Source of the DNA: Camelus ferus
Lineage: Eukaryota
Reading direction: 5' to 3'
Length of the DNA: 64,000 nt
NCBI RefSeq assembly: GCF_009834535.1
Contig: NC_045697.1
Coordinates: 82,648,001 to 82,712,000 of the forward strand
Of the stretch, positions 13,668-26,360 are shown in pieces. The number at the start of each line of letters is the position of its first letter. Within the stretch, counting starts at the first letter, position 1. The position numbers and the translations under genes are program-made. Under the pieces are notes generated by a model that did no database searches, was not told where the DNA came from, and saw only the letters and a list, made by a program, of their open reading frames with translations.

Positions 13668-13998
13668 ATGAACCTTGAAAACATTAAACCATTTTGACGA
13701 AGCTAGGCACAAAGGCCACATAATATATGATTCCATTTATACAAAATGTCCAGAATAGGCAAATCTAGAGAGACAGAAAGTAGATCAATGGTTGTCCAGG
13801 GTTGCTGGAATTGAGGGGAAATGGGGAGTGAAAGCTACAAGTATAGTTTCCTTTGGGGTAAAGGAAATATTCTAAAAGCTGATTGTAGTGATGGTTTCAG
13901 AACTCTGTGGATACACTAAAAATCATGAGTTGTACATGGTAAATGGGTGAATTTTATGGTATGTAAATTATATCTCAACAAAGCAGTTCAAACGCAGT
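13668..13998 (+). mobile_element. L1MB-type 3' end, copy 2
   Basis: ATGAACCTTGAAAACATT...ATGATTCCATTTATACAAAATGTCCAGAATAGGCAAATCTAGAGAGACAGAAAGTAG...TATCTCAACAAAGCAGTT. Confidence 0.85.
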
Positions 13999-14726
13999 AA
14001 AACAGCTTATTGACATTGTGTGTGTGCTTGTTTATGAAGGTGGCTTATTGAATGACAGCTTGTTACTCTATAGTGAAGTTCTGTTTGGATCTCCAGCCAT
14101 CCATGTCTCTAGGCTTGGTTTTGTTTTGTTTTTCAGGCTGGTCAGTTTCTTCAGAGATAAATTTTCTGATCTCTTGGTTTGGGGTTAAAATCTGAGGGCC
14201 CACACAACTGTAGTTGGTTAGAGAACCAGGATCAGACTCGTAGGTTAATTTTTAGAATTTCACTTAATTCCTTGGTCTCAGGACAGTTTTTCAACCTCAC
14301 CCTTCAGTATCCTTGGCATTCCTGAATCTTGGGTTGTTCTCATTCAGTTTTTTCCAAAAGATAAACCATTCATCTCTTGCCTAGTCATGAAGACATACAC
14401 ACCTGTCTGTCCGAGGTGAGGTGAGGGCGAATCTGGGCATTTAAACTCCTCCTTAACACAAACTGTTCATTAGGTTTGAATGAACACTCACCCTGCCCAC
14501 AGTGCCTCCACTTCAGGAATTTTTCATAGGTTTGTTCTGCAGCACAGACAGCTTGTTTTCTTCTTGCCATCCTCCTCTACAGGTACTTGGTTTTCAGCTT
14601 TCTCTGTGTTCTAAGTCAGTTACTGCTTAACCATCTACTTCCCACATCTCAAAGTATGTTGACTCCTCACCTCTCCACTGCTGGTCATCCCCCCTCTAGT
14701 TTTCTCCACATCTCTGTCTCTGTCTC

Positions 14727-14810
14727 TAGATAGATGATAGGTAGGTTAGATAGATAGATAGTAGATAGATTGATAGAAAATAGATGGACTGATGGATAGA
14801 TTGATTGATA
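14727..14810 (+). repeat. Degenerate (GATA/GATT/GATG)n microsatellite
   Basis: TAGATAGATGATAGGTAGGTTAGATAGATAGATAGTAGATAGATTGATAG... Confidence 0.9.
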
Positions 14811-16544
14811 GTTAATTTCAGGCTCTAGAAGAATAGTAAGAAAACCATGTATTCAAGTCTCAATTCTTTACCTTCCCCCTTAGTGAAATCTCCTTTTCGC
14901 CTTGACTCTCCCACACAGTTCTCATCAATGACCAAACCTAATAATCAGCCCTATTTTTTTCCCTAATTGAATTCTATGTGCTAAGTTTATTTTTTACAGA
15001 GACTTAAAAAAATTGCCCATAAGATTTTTGCTATAACTCTACTGTTTAAGTTTTCCTCAAACTTCTATGATTATCGTTATTATTTTTAGCCTGAATTCAC
15101 TGCTCCATTTTTGTCTCTGACTGCTCCTTAACTGTTTGTTAACAGACTAAGAACAGGGAGACTTGGACATTCCTTTCGGCCTTGTGTTAGTGTAATATGT
15201 TTTTTCTGTAAAACTCCAGGAGGATTTGGCATTGCTCCTTCTCCATCGGGGCTGAATGTTCTCAGGGAAGAGAGTTATGCTTAGCAGGAATAGTTGCCTA
15301 GACTTCACCAGATCAAATATAAAGGGAACCTGCATGATAATTGTTTCTGATTCTCTTGTTCCTTTGATTCCAAGAAACTCTCTAACATGTAGTGTTGACA
15401 GAGAGAAAATTGACTATTTCAGCAAGATCTAAACTTGGGACTGAAAAAAAAAGACAAAATGAGTGCTTTCTAATTTTTATTTCATGAGACATAATTCCAA
15501 AATGTTTGAGCTAGCAAGGGGAAATGTAGGTTATTAAAATATCACAAGAATGACAATATAATTGGAAATCTGCTTTGGATATTAATGAAGAATTTTGATA
15601 TCTAGTTAACTTTAAAATTCTCTAATATGTCATAGAAAAAACTTTTTAAGCTATTTTCTTTAAAATATATTTTTGAATGCTTTTATTTTCAGAAAATTAA
15701 GAGAATGGGTAGAAAGGGGACATGAAACAAACCTAAATTCATTTCGAATATCAAATGTATCAAGCATATGAATCAAGATTACTATGCAAGGTGGCTTGAA
15801 TTTTTTTTTATCATTTTGGATGCAAAATTAAAATGTCAAGTGTAATAATGTATGATTGTTGATAGATGATATGAAATATACTTAAATGTTAACATTCCTT
15901 ACTATATATGTCAAATTCCTAAGTCATAACCAAACTAAATAGTACCTGCAAGAAAATGAATTATTTTGCAATAAATGAATGGAGCCTAAAAACTCAAGAG
16001 GCTGTAATAGTGTCTGAATATTTTTACCTTTAGATTATCAATTTATATCATAAGTGCCAGTGTTGAAACTCATTATTTTCTAATAATGATCTCTGACTTA
16101 TAATCATTCTGAAATAATTTGAAAGATAAGGAAATCACCTGTCCCAAATATCTATCCCTTTACACTGAAATCAGAACCGCAGAACATACAAATTTTGTTA
16201 TGGGAAATGTGTAAAGATCATGTCAGGCTGTTCCTTTGGTGGACAAATTGAGAATTTTTTTGCATAGCATTTTTATTAAGCAGCAAACTAACAATTAAAA
16301 AGATACAGCATAGTGTAAAACATATTGTATCTTTTTTGTTCTTTTACCTTTAAGTTAATGAAAAACTCTGACTAAGCTATAGTCATTTAAATAACAATGT
16401 AATGCTTCTGAGTGTATCAAATCTTAAAATTTGAATTAAAAATCTTAATTCAGATTTTCTATGACACTTACAGGAGTGTACGAATTAATATCTAGGTATA
16501 TTTCAGTATAAGGCAAACATGTCTATAAAATATAGAACTTCATA

Positions 16545-17580
16545 TGGTCAGACTTTTTAATTTTGCTCTTTTCTAAGGAGTGTATAGTGATTTCTGTTTT
16601 GGTTATAATGAGCATTTCCCTGTTGGTTAATGCTGTTGGAAGTCTTTATGTGCACACTGGTTATTCATATAATATGTTCACATTGTCTTTGAAGTTTCTG
16701 TTTAAATTATTTGACCACATTTTTTATTGAATTTTTTTTCTCCTTATTACTGATTTATGAAAGTTCTTATTTATTTGAATGCAAATTTTTTTGTCAAATA
16801 AATGTACTGTATCTGATCTTAGTCTGTGCCTGATCTTTGCATAGTTGTGTTTATACATTTTTTTATTGTTGATGAGCCTTTGAAGAGCAGAAGTCTTTTT
16901 AATTATACTTATTTTATTATTTTTTTCTGCTATGGTTCATTTTTTGTGTGTCCTATCTATAAAATGTTTGCAGATACAAAGAATTTCTCCTATGATCTCT
17001 TTTCAGAGATTTTAGAATTAAGCATTATTTTTGAAGATGTTTTCAGAGAGCAGTCTGCCTTATCAGTTCTTTACTTTCAGTGCTTTCAAGATATCTTTTC
17101 ATTGTTTTCTGGCTTTATGTTAATGAATTATGTTAATTTTATTATTGTTCCTGTGAGTATAATATGACTTTTTCTATGACTTATTTTGGAATTTCTCCCA
17201 TATTTTAATTTTAGCAGTTTTTTTATGATTTTGAAGTCATCCTTGATATTTCTATTTAAGATTTTGTCTGGTTATTTTCTATTGACCTATCTTCTAACAC
17301 ATTAATATTTTTTTCTATTTAATCAGTTCTTACAATCATTCCTTGAATTGTTAATTTTAATTATTTTGTATCTCATCTCTGAAATTTCAGTTTAATATTT
17401 TATAATATATAGTTTTCTTCTTAAATTTTTATAATCATTGGCCTATAAATTTTAGTTGTTATAAATTCTATGTTTAATAACTATAATACACAGATCTCCA
17501 GAGTCTAGTTCTATTTTGTTTCTTTCTCTCTTTTCAGTCATTTGTTCTTTTCATCTGATGTTCCACTTAATTTTTCATTG
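16545..17580 (-). mobile_element. Ancient L1M fragments
   Basis: GCATTTCCCTGTTGGTTAATGCTGTTGGAAGTC and TTGAAGAGCAGAAGTCTTTTTAATT resemble antisense L1 ORF2; very T-rich. Confidence 0.55.
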
Positions 17581-17583
17581 CAT

Positions 17584-17826
17584 TTTTGTTTGTTTGTTTA
17601 TTGAAGTATAGTCAGTTACAGTATGGCAATTTCTGGTGTACAGCACAATGTCCCAGTCATGCATATACATACATATATTCACTTTCATATACTTATTCAT
17701 TAAAGGTTATTACAAGATATTGACTATAGTTCCCTGTGCTATATAGAAGAATTTTAATCTTTTTTTTTTATATAGTGCCTAACGTTTGCAAATCTAAAAC
17801 TCTCCGATTTATCCATTCCCACCCTC
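17584..17826 (-). mobile_element. L1 3' UTR fragment (camelid type)
   Basis: TTTATTGAAGTATAGTCAGTTACAGT..CAATTTCTGGTGTACAGCAC...ATAGTTCCCTGTGCTATA is the reverse complement of the 3' UTR seen at 5838-6064. Confidence 0.9.
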
Positions 17827-18049
17827 CTGAACATGATCTATGAGGAATGTTACTGACATTTTGAGGCTCCTATTGATCCCTCCAGAGAGGATTTAGTTTT
17901 GCTCATCACAGCTCAATAGATTTGAGGAAGATGGATCTAATTCAACTAGGGTTCGACTAATTAGAAGCTTCCCTGCCTCACTTTCCTGCTCGCATGGAGC
18001 TCTTTGGGTGTTGATTCATCTACTTGATTTTTTTTTTTTTTCGCCCAAT

Positions 18050-18345
18050 AGGTAAATTCCTTTATCCTTCAAATCTCAACTTTAATGTTATCATTAATGT
18101 GAAGCTTTCTTTGTCTCCCAGATAGATTTAAGAGACTATTCACCTTATTTTCTACTGAACTGACTTCCTCTCTGTATTTATGCAAATATAATATGATATT
18201 ATGGTAGTTTATGTGCATAAGTATCTTCTTCCTGGATTCTAAATTCTTTTAGGAAAGAACTGTGTCTTTTCATTTTTTATGTCTAAAGCATTTAGCAAGC
18301 TTTTTGTAATATCATAAGTACTTTAAAATATTATATGGACATATA
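18050..18345 (+). mobile_element. L2 LINE 3' end
   Basis: TCCTTTATCCTTCAAATCTCAACTTTAATGT...CTGGATTCTAAATTCTTTTAGGAAAGAACTGTGTCTTTTCATTTT...AGCATTTAGCAAG. Confidence 0.55.
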
Positions 18346-18729
18346 CATCTATTATTTATTACAATGAATTTTGTGAGCAGTTATATGGTGCTATGTATAA
18401 ATTCCTGGAGACAGATAGATGAATAAGATCTATTTTAAACCTTCTAGTATTTCATATTGTATTGTGTCTACAATACATCACGACTATAACAGTGTGTTGA
18501 ATATTTATATAAAGTACTTTGGAATCAGAAAGTGGAAAATGTTGAACTTACTTGAGGGTAAGGGGGCAATGTTATCAGGAATTATTTCCCAGAGGAGGGA
18601 TTATTTGAACTAAAGGATAAATATAATAGCCATTTGATAGATGGGGGTAGAAATTTCTAAGGAAGGGAATAGCTCATGCAAAAGTATAAAAATGTGAAAA
18701 AGCATTGGTATTTTGGAAATGACTTGATG

Positions 18730-19012
18730 GTTAGACAGACATAGAAAGTAAGCTTACGGTTATGGGGGAAAAGGGCTGGAAAAGGATAAATTGGGAGTTT
18801 GGGATTTGCAAGTACTAACTACTATAATATAATAATAGATAAACAGCAAATTTCTACTGTATAGCACAGGGAATTATATTCAATATCTTTCAATAACCAA
18901 TAATGAAAAAGAATATGAAAAGGAATATATGTATATACATGTATGACTAAAACATTATGCTGTACACCAGAAATTGACACATTATAAAATTACTATATTT
19001 CAATAAAAAAAA
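18730..19012 (+). mobile_element. L1 3' UTR fragment
   Basis: ACAGACATAGAAAGTAAGCTTACGGTTA...GGATAAATTGGGAGTTTGGGATTTGCA...CTGTATAGCACAGGGAA...TATTTCAATAAAAAAAA. Confidence 0.9.
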
Positions 19013-19164
19013 TTAAGGTTTAAAACTAAGCAGGGGCTAGATCATTGCAACATTTTATGCCATGATAAGGAATTTCATCTTAATCTTTTTGCTTAGTCTT
19101 TTGAGTATTTCACTTTTGCTCAATGAGGGACATCTTCACAATTGACATTTTGGCTGACATTATG

Positions 19165-19305
19165 TTATTCATTCATTCATATAATCTATCATTATCTAAC
19201 ACCTACTGTATGTAGTCAGTCACTACTCTAGTTCCTGGAGATTAAGCAGTGAAAAACAATCAACAAAATTTCCTTCTATCATGAAATTTATCTTTTGGTG
19301 GAATA
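19165..19305 (-). mobile_element. L2 3' terminus
   Basis: ATTCATTCATTCA...ACACCTACTGTATGT...CACTACTCTAGTTCCTGGAGAT..AGCAGTGAAAAA is the typical antisense L2 tail. Confidence 0.7.
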
Positions 19306-20417
19306 ACAGGAGGTGGTTTGTTAAGGACTGGCATCTTGAGGATGGGAACTATTAGGCCTGTATATTAATTCTAGTCATGTCACACTAGGTAAAACTGATG
19401 GGCATGATCATATAACAGCTTCTGCTCTAGTTGGCATTCCCTTATCTCTTAATTTTATAAATTTCAACAAATGCTTTCTTCTTTGCCTCAGGAAATTAAA
19501 GGATGGTTCTCAAGACTAAACGGCCATAATTTCTATATCTAATTAACTTTAGACCTATTGGCAGTATAGAATCAGGTCTCCTGGTACTAGACTGCTGAGA
19601 TTTAGCACACTTTTTCTGCCCCACGGTAAATTTCAGCAAGCCTCTCACCATGTTCAGTGCCAAATTCTGACAAGCCTGTTTAAAAGAAATGACACTAGAT
19701 TGCTAGCATATAAAAGAAAATTAAATCTCGCACAGAGAAAGGTGCTGATATCATTTAAGCTGACAGCTGTACACGTGCCAACCACTCTCATGAAGGGTGA
19801 TTTTTTTTAACTTTTATTTTTACCACATACCACTTAAATTTCTTTTGGCCCAAACGCAAAGTTATGCATAGCAGTTACCAGTTATCATTTTTGACAGTCT
19901 TAGTCTGTAAGAGGTAAGGATGAGATAAGAAGACAAAACAAAATCCTAGTAGTTAATAGACTCCTTGGTTTAAGCAATTTAGTACTACTAAAGTGACATC
20001 ATTTCACAGGAAATTTGAGTGTAATGGCAGCGAGCATATGCCACTTTTTAGGTCTTCAATAAAATAATCATTTGACTAGATGAAGTCAATCCAGCCGAGT
20101 CTTTACTTTTCTTCTCTCTTTGAATGAAATTTAAATCTCACTTTTCACAGACTCTAACAGCTTGTTACATGGTAACAAGACTTCTGATTTTAATTTTGCA
20201 TCTGCAAACAGACACCAATAAGGGTTCTTGGAAAATACTTGCTACCTGAAGCTAGTCAATTACTGTACTGTAGTGAGATGATGAGTATTTCTTGCAAAAA
20301 AGTGACCAGAATGAAAAAGTTGTTCCTTTACAGTCAACTTAATTTAATCAGATTATGCTCAGTTCAAATACCAGTTCTTTTCTCCAGGAGTACAAATTAG
20401 TATTAAAATTTGTAACC

Positions 20418-21005
20418 CTAATTCGAAAAGATATATGCACTCCAATGTTCATAGCAGCACTGTATACAATAGCCAAGACATGAAAGCAACCTAAATGTCC
20501 ATTGACAGATGACTGGATAAAGAAGTTGTGGTATATTTATACAATGGATTACTGCTCAACCATAAAAAGTAATAAAATAATGCCATTCACAGCAACATGG
20601 ATGGACCTGGAGATCATCATCCTAGGTGAAGTAAACCAGAAGGAGAAAGAAAAACACCGTATGATATCACTCATATGTGGAATCTAAAAGAAGAAAAATG
20701 AAGACACCAGTCAACTCTATCTGCAAATAAGACTCACAGACATAGTGAAAAAACTTATGGTTACTGAAGGGGAAAAGAGATGGGAAGGGATAAATTTGGA
20801 ATTAGAGATTTGCAAATGTTAACTAGTATATATAAAATAGATACACAACTTTCTTCTGTAAAGCATAGGGAACTGTATTCAATATCCTGTAGTAACCTAT
20901 AATGAAAGAGAATCTGAAAACAAATATATGGTTTTATATGTATGGCTGAAACATTATGCTATACAACAGAAGTTGACACATTGTAAACTGACTATACTTC
21001 AACTA

Positions 21006-21052
<47 letters not shown>

Positions 21053-21058
21053 GTAAAA
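20418..21058 (+). mobile_element. 5'-truncated L1 (ORF2 C-terminus, 3' UTR, (TAAA)n tail)
   Basis: ORF 20502-20687 'TDDWIKKLWYIYTMDYCSTIKSNKIMPFTATWMDLEIIILGEVNQKEKEKHRMISLICGI'; full 3' UTR; (TAAA)n run at ~21006-21052. Confidence 0.95.
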
Positions 21059-21789
21059 ATAGATCCTTACAGTTTACTGTTCTTGTGCATTATCCTGTCA
21101 AAATATATTGATTAGTACTAAGAGAAGGACCTATCTAAGTTACAACTTTCTTTCAATGAATAGTGTCTAGGTTGCTTGGGTTTGGAGCAATAGTAAAGCA
21201 GGGAAACAGTGTCATCTTTATACAACGTAGAGCAGCATGTGGATACAAATAAAGGATCACATACACACACTTAAATACTTTAAAGTTACAAATCAGCAAA
21301 TGAATGTAAATAGAATGTGTTCTATCCTATTAAGCTGATATGCCTTCAGAAAGAATAAAGAGTATGCAATGTAAACACTGAACTTCCATCTTCAGTCACC
21401 ATGTGCAGCTGTTGGAAATGTCTTGTCAATTTACGAATTTCACTGGAACCATGTGTTGGAGCACAAAGGGCTAGAAAGGAGACCCTTCAAAAAGGGTGCT
21501 TCAGCACACAAGCACTGCTGTAATGTGACCTAGGAGGAAGAGTTTGCCGTGTTAATCATTTGTCACTTCCCTTTGTAAGCACCTATCCCACTCATGTCCT
21601 CCCTGAAATCCAATACAGTGTCTATTTGTCGTGTGGACCTTGGCACGAGCCACAAAGCTCTCAGTATTTTTGTTGTTTTGATATGTTTTTCTGTTTGTTT
21701 ATTTAAAAGTATTTATTTAGAACAGCAACAAAAAGGGGCTTAAGCTTCATCACCTTCCAGTTAATTCACCTCTAGCAGAACCATAGTAA

Positions 21790-22389
21790 TGTTAGAGCAG
21801 GCAGATAGCTAGATAGGAGCAGAGAAATGGGGGCACAGGACAAATGGCAGAAAACCATACGTCTTGTGAACAACAGGGGATCCTTGGGCAGACAGAGAAA
21901 AACAAGAACCTCTGGACTGATAAGAAATCACATATTTTGGGGTAACAAGTGTCTTGGAGGCAGACAAAGAAAGGTGGGGAAAGGGAGGAATGTCCCATAT
22001 CTGAATGTAACCTTTTGCTCATTATGCCCTCATTACAGGAAAGTTAGCCTCACTGATTAGAAGTACCCACCATGCACCAACACCATGACACTTCTGATCC
22101 AGACAAAATAAGGACAAAAATCCTTCCTCCCCTTGGGAGGGTGAAGCTGGGATGGAAATCAGGGAATATGGCCCCAAATCCCTCCCATTCCAATGAATAT
22201 TCTACACATTCATTTCTATACCCCTACATAAACAGCTTGCCAAAGAAACTCAGAGCAACTGCTCACCCGAGTCTGCCCACTCTCCCCTTGAGAGCGTACT
22301 ACTGCTTAATAAATCCTTACCTTACTTTCTTGATCTGTGCATCTCTGAATTCATTCTGCAACAAGACAAGAACCTACTTTCTAGTAACA
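21790..22389 (+). mobile_element. Solo ERV1-type LTR (same family as 11909-12565)
   Basis: TGTTA...TAACA inverted termini, AATAAA near 22307, 4-bp flanks GTAA/GTTA, colinear with 11909-12565. Confidence 0.88.
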
Positions 22390-24189
22390 GTTAGGCCTGA
22401 CACCACCACCATCATCCTCTCCCGGGTCAGGCATTAGCCACCGCCTTACATACTCTAGGGACCCACGCACAGCTGACTGAGGAAAGCTTCAGGATACGCC
22501 GTGCTTCCAAGGCTACAAATTTCATGAGAGGCAAGCCATAAAAGTTTTTAAAGCTGAGTGATCACTCAAGAGACCTCCACTCCTTTTCCTGAGCTCCAGC
22601 TCTCAGAGTGTCAGGAGACTCAATTCCCTAAAGCTGAAATGCAATCATTTCTAAAGTAGGTATTGATGGTTACTGCTTTGCTATACCAGGCTTGTGTGCC
22701 AGATCCTGAAAGTGCCAGATTAAATGCATCATTCATACGTGTGTGTGAGATTGTGCATGTGTGACTGCACATGTACAAGTGTGTGTGTATGTGTGTGCGA
22801 TCTGAAGAAACTCTAAGCCACAGGTCCCAGGTTAGGATCTCCTCTTGCCATTACAGCCTTACCAACAGGCTTCTTTCCTTCAAATGCAGCTTCCTCTGCT
22901 CCTCAGGGTATCTTGGTGAGCTCACACAGCCCATGGAAGCAAAGCTGTTTTGTATCCTGGTCTCTAGCTTAGGCAAGTCTTTTCCACCCATAATTTTTCC
23001 AGGGGCTTCTCGTTCCTCCTTCCACCTCTCACCCCTCTAATATTCAAGCAAGCACATGTTTGAACCAGATTGAGACTCAATTTAAATTCTGCTCTACAGA
23101 ATTTCTGTATTCCATGCAAATTAAAATATGCCCAGGCTAACATTTTAAGTGCTCCAGATCAATCTGTAGTTTGTGCGAAGTTTCTCAAATTTCCACAGTT
23201 TAGCCCATGGGAAGAAACTCTAGTGAGACACGATGCTCAATTCTATAAACTATTGCAGGTACTTTTGCCCTTAGACCCTGAGGAAATGCTGTCACCTGTA
23301 ACTTGAGCACCTTCCTTCAAAGTGGCAGCATCTCAAGAGAAGTTTTCCACCCAGGTAAGGGGAGAATGACATTACCTGAGCAAAGGCTTAACAAGAAAAG
23401 GAAGGTAAGAAATGCTGTTTTATTGAGACTGTGTTTCTAAGATGGCTGTGAGGTAACTAATATGTTTTGACATAAAGCATTATGCAGTAATGAGTCTACA
23501 CAAAGTGATTTTAATCGTATTTCTATTTATAATGTCAAAATGATTTGCTGCATCTTGGAAATAATAAGCACATTATCATCATTTGCAGTAGCATTTCAGT
23601 TTCTTGACACCTGCTTGCTATGTGAAAGATACATGTAATCATAAGGAGAGATGATTTGGAAGATGAAAGTAAAGATTATTAAAATATTCATGTCAAGGTT
23701 TTAGGGATATAGAATGGCCTCTTACATTTTCTCCATATTAATTGGCGAGATGTTACTACTGACTGTCATCCCAGTTTCACTCTGAGCAATCAAGGAACTC
23801 CTATATCAGACAGAACACATGGCGTTTAAAGCCGTGGTGTGCTTTCCAACAAATGATACTGCTACTGTGTCAAATAACAATAAACATAATTTTTTTGTTG
23901 ACTGTTGAAGAAATGTCTCTGCATCTCCCATCAGAGACTTCTTCCAAATGTAGACCAGATAATGGTTATGAATATTTTACATGCTGCTTGATTCAGGCCA
24001 TCATCTCCTTCCTTGGCACCTTCTGCATTTTAAGTACGAGAATGATTTTAAATAATTGTTTCAGTTAAAAATGTGTCAGTTCCTATGGATTTCACAGTAC
24101 TTCAATCAAACCACTATTGATACTAAAAGCAGCCTGTTTGCCTCTTTCTTGTTTGCCCATTTCTGTCCCCCTCTAATCCTAAAAACCTA

Positions 24190-24674
24190 ATTACAGGAAT
24201 GAAATCAGTAAACAATTGGAACTAACTCCTGACTTACAGTCTCCTGAAGGCACACCATGCCTTGCCTAACCTGTTGATTCTTTTCCTAGATTAAAATAAG
24301 TAAGAATGAAGAACTAAGTAGTTAAAGAATAATTAGCTCTCTATCCTCAATAGTCCCCTTAGCAATCTTACAGGTAGATCATGGGGGCAAGATAACATCT
24401 GAAGAGAGAGTCGGCCAGTTGGCACACAAAGGAGAATGATGCAAAACCCAACCTCCTACCTCAGTGATTCACTCAGATTCTCCCCTTCTCTCCATTTTTC
24501 CCTTTAAAAACTGCCATGCCTGAGCAGAATCTTCAGAGTTAGTCTCGGGACAGGAGCCCACCATCTCCCCAGATTACCAGCTTTTCTGACTAAGGCACCT
24601 TTCTTTTCAAATGACAATTGCCTCTTGAATTACCAGTTTTGAGCAGCAAGCAGTCGAACCTGAGTTCTGTAACA
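24190..24674 (+). mobile_element. ERV1-type solo LTR (5' boundary uncertain)
   Basis: TATA-like CCTTTAAAAA and an ERV1-type 3' end TTTTGAGCAGCAAGCAGTCGAACCTGAGTTCTGTAACA. Confidence 0.65.
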
Positions 24675-24978
24675 ATACCACGTTTTGAAAACTTGCTGAT
24701 ATTTTATTTAAAAAAAAAAAGTTGTTTTAGGCTGAAACTTGTTTGGAAATTTTTAATTAAAAAATTAATTATTTATTCTTACCACAAAACATTTTAAATA
24801 GTCAGGATTTGGGAAATATATTTCAAAAAAGAATTTAAACAATTTTTAATTATTAAGTTTTTCATCTTATTTACAGTTTGAGTCTATAACATCATTGTAA
24901 TAATTCATCATCAGTGGAAACAAAGACCATTATTTAATTCTCAGTGGATTATAATCCACTGTTTTGAAGTGATTGCTC

Positions 24979-25320
24979 TGTTGTGCCATCCAGATCCCCC
25001 TATTTTGGGAAAAATACAAACTGTTAGTACTCAGCTGTCAAACCAAACGTGGACTGTCATTGACCAGAGTCTATTACCCCAAGCACATACCCTATGAGGT
25101 AGCCTGATTTCAATGAGTATAAAAACCTAGCACCTCCCTCCAACCAGGGAGAGCTCTTTGTGAGGTTGCCTGAGGTTTTAGTTGAGATTATATTGCAGAT
25201 CAAATTCTCTTTTTGTCCAATCCTACTTCTTCCCTTCCTCAAAAGTGTTAATCATAATACACATTCATTACACTAAACTACATATCAGAGACAGCTTTCC
25301 AAGCAATCTAAGCTGCAACG
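24979..25320 (+). mobile_element. LTR16-like ERVL LTR
   Basis: CCAGATCCCCCT...TTGCAGATCAAATTCTC..TGTCCAATCCTACTTCTTCCCTTCC...ATCAGAGACAGCTTTCCAAG.AATCTAAGCTGCAAC matches recalled LTR16 layout. Confidence 0.7.
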
Positions 25321-25489
25321 TTTACTTTATGATGAGAAGATATAACTATTTTTAAATAGTATCTCATTAAAATGCAATGGGCTGTTCAGTTCCAGATAAG
25401 ATAGTATAACCAGGATAAGATTTACACAACTAGTGAAAAAAAATCAGACAGAAGTTAGGAAAAAACTGCACTCCTGCCAGGGCCATGAG

Positions 25490-25865
25490 GGAATCTTTAT
25501 TGTCTCCTCATTGTGAGAACCTTGCAGGGTTCCTGGAGAGAAAACCCAAGAAACCTTTGTGGCTTCACTGAAACTACGGCTTCCTAGGAGTTCCTCACTG
25601 TTATGCTAGTCCACAGCAAGTCTCCAGAGAGTCTTCAAAACTGCCATTTGTTTCTACACGTTCATGGCCCCAGTAGCTTCTGCTCCAGGTAAGCAGGTCT
25701 CAGTTGCTGCATATCTCCAGGTGTGCCCCCTCCCCAGATTGGCGGTGATGGTTTGCCTGTGACTACAGTTCTCTGATGGGTCCAAGAAAAGCTGTTGATT
25801 TTCAGTTTGCCCAGCTTTTTCTTGTTGTAAGGACGAGAGGACTTTCAAGCTTTTTATATCATGAA
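25490..25865 (-). mobile_element. Ancient L1M 5' end (L1MC/L1MD-type)
   Basis: GGGTTCCTGGAG...GCTTCTGCTCCAGGTAAGCAG.TCTC...TTGATTTTCAGTTTGCCCAGCTTTTTCTTGTTGTAAGGA; homologous to 3440-3818. Confidence 0.7.
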
Positions 25866-26244
25866 TCATCACCATTGTCTTTTATTTTCTACTATTACTC
25901 TCTGTTGAGAAAAATTTCAATTACTGATTACTTTCTTGTGTTAGATTTTAATTCTCCTTATGAGAGAAAAGATGTCTCTAAAATTATTGCTTCTAGGTAA
26001 ATTATATTTTTACCTATAAGAAAATCAGTATTAAAAGATTCAGAGTGTCATATTTAATACATAACTTTTGTTAGTAAAGCCTAAATAGTTTTTGCTCTAT
26101 TGGGTTAAAAAAAAGGAAGACTCAGAGGAAAGAGAATACAGAATGTGCATTATTTTTTTCTTCTTCAGCTGGTAAGGGAAAAAATGAGGAGGGATATCCT
26201 TGATAAATGACATTAAACATCTGCCACAAGGTCTGGCTGCTGAT

Positions 26245-26360
26245 AGCGTGAGGTCTGGAGTTAGAGTGTCTATTTGATCCTATTCCAGCTCCAGGTCACT
26301 CACTAGCTGTGTGACCTTGGGTGAGTTATTAAATTACTTGTTCCCCAAGTTCATTGGGAT
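26245..26360 (+). mobile_element. MIR SINE fragment
   Basis: TCTGGAGTTAGA...TCCAGCTCC...CACTCACTAGCTGTGTGACCTTGGGTGAGTTATTAA. Confidence 0.75.

Noticed and set aside
16297..16336. 11-bp inverted repeat AAAAAGATACA/TGTATCTTTTT
   Set aside because: AT-rich low-complexity arms with an 18-nt loop; within chance expectation.
12566..21789. Internal region of a full-length provirus between the two related LTRs
   Set aside because: No PBS, PPT or gag/pol/env traces. It is filled with older L1/L2 relics, and each LTR has its own TSD.
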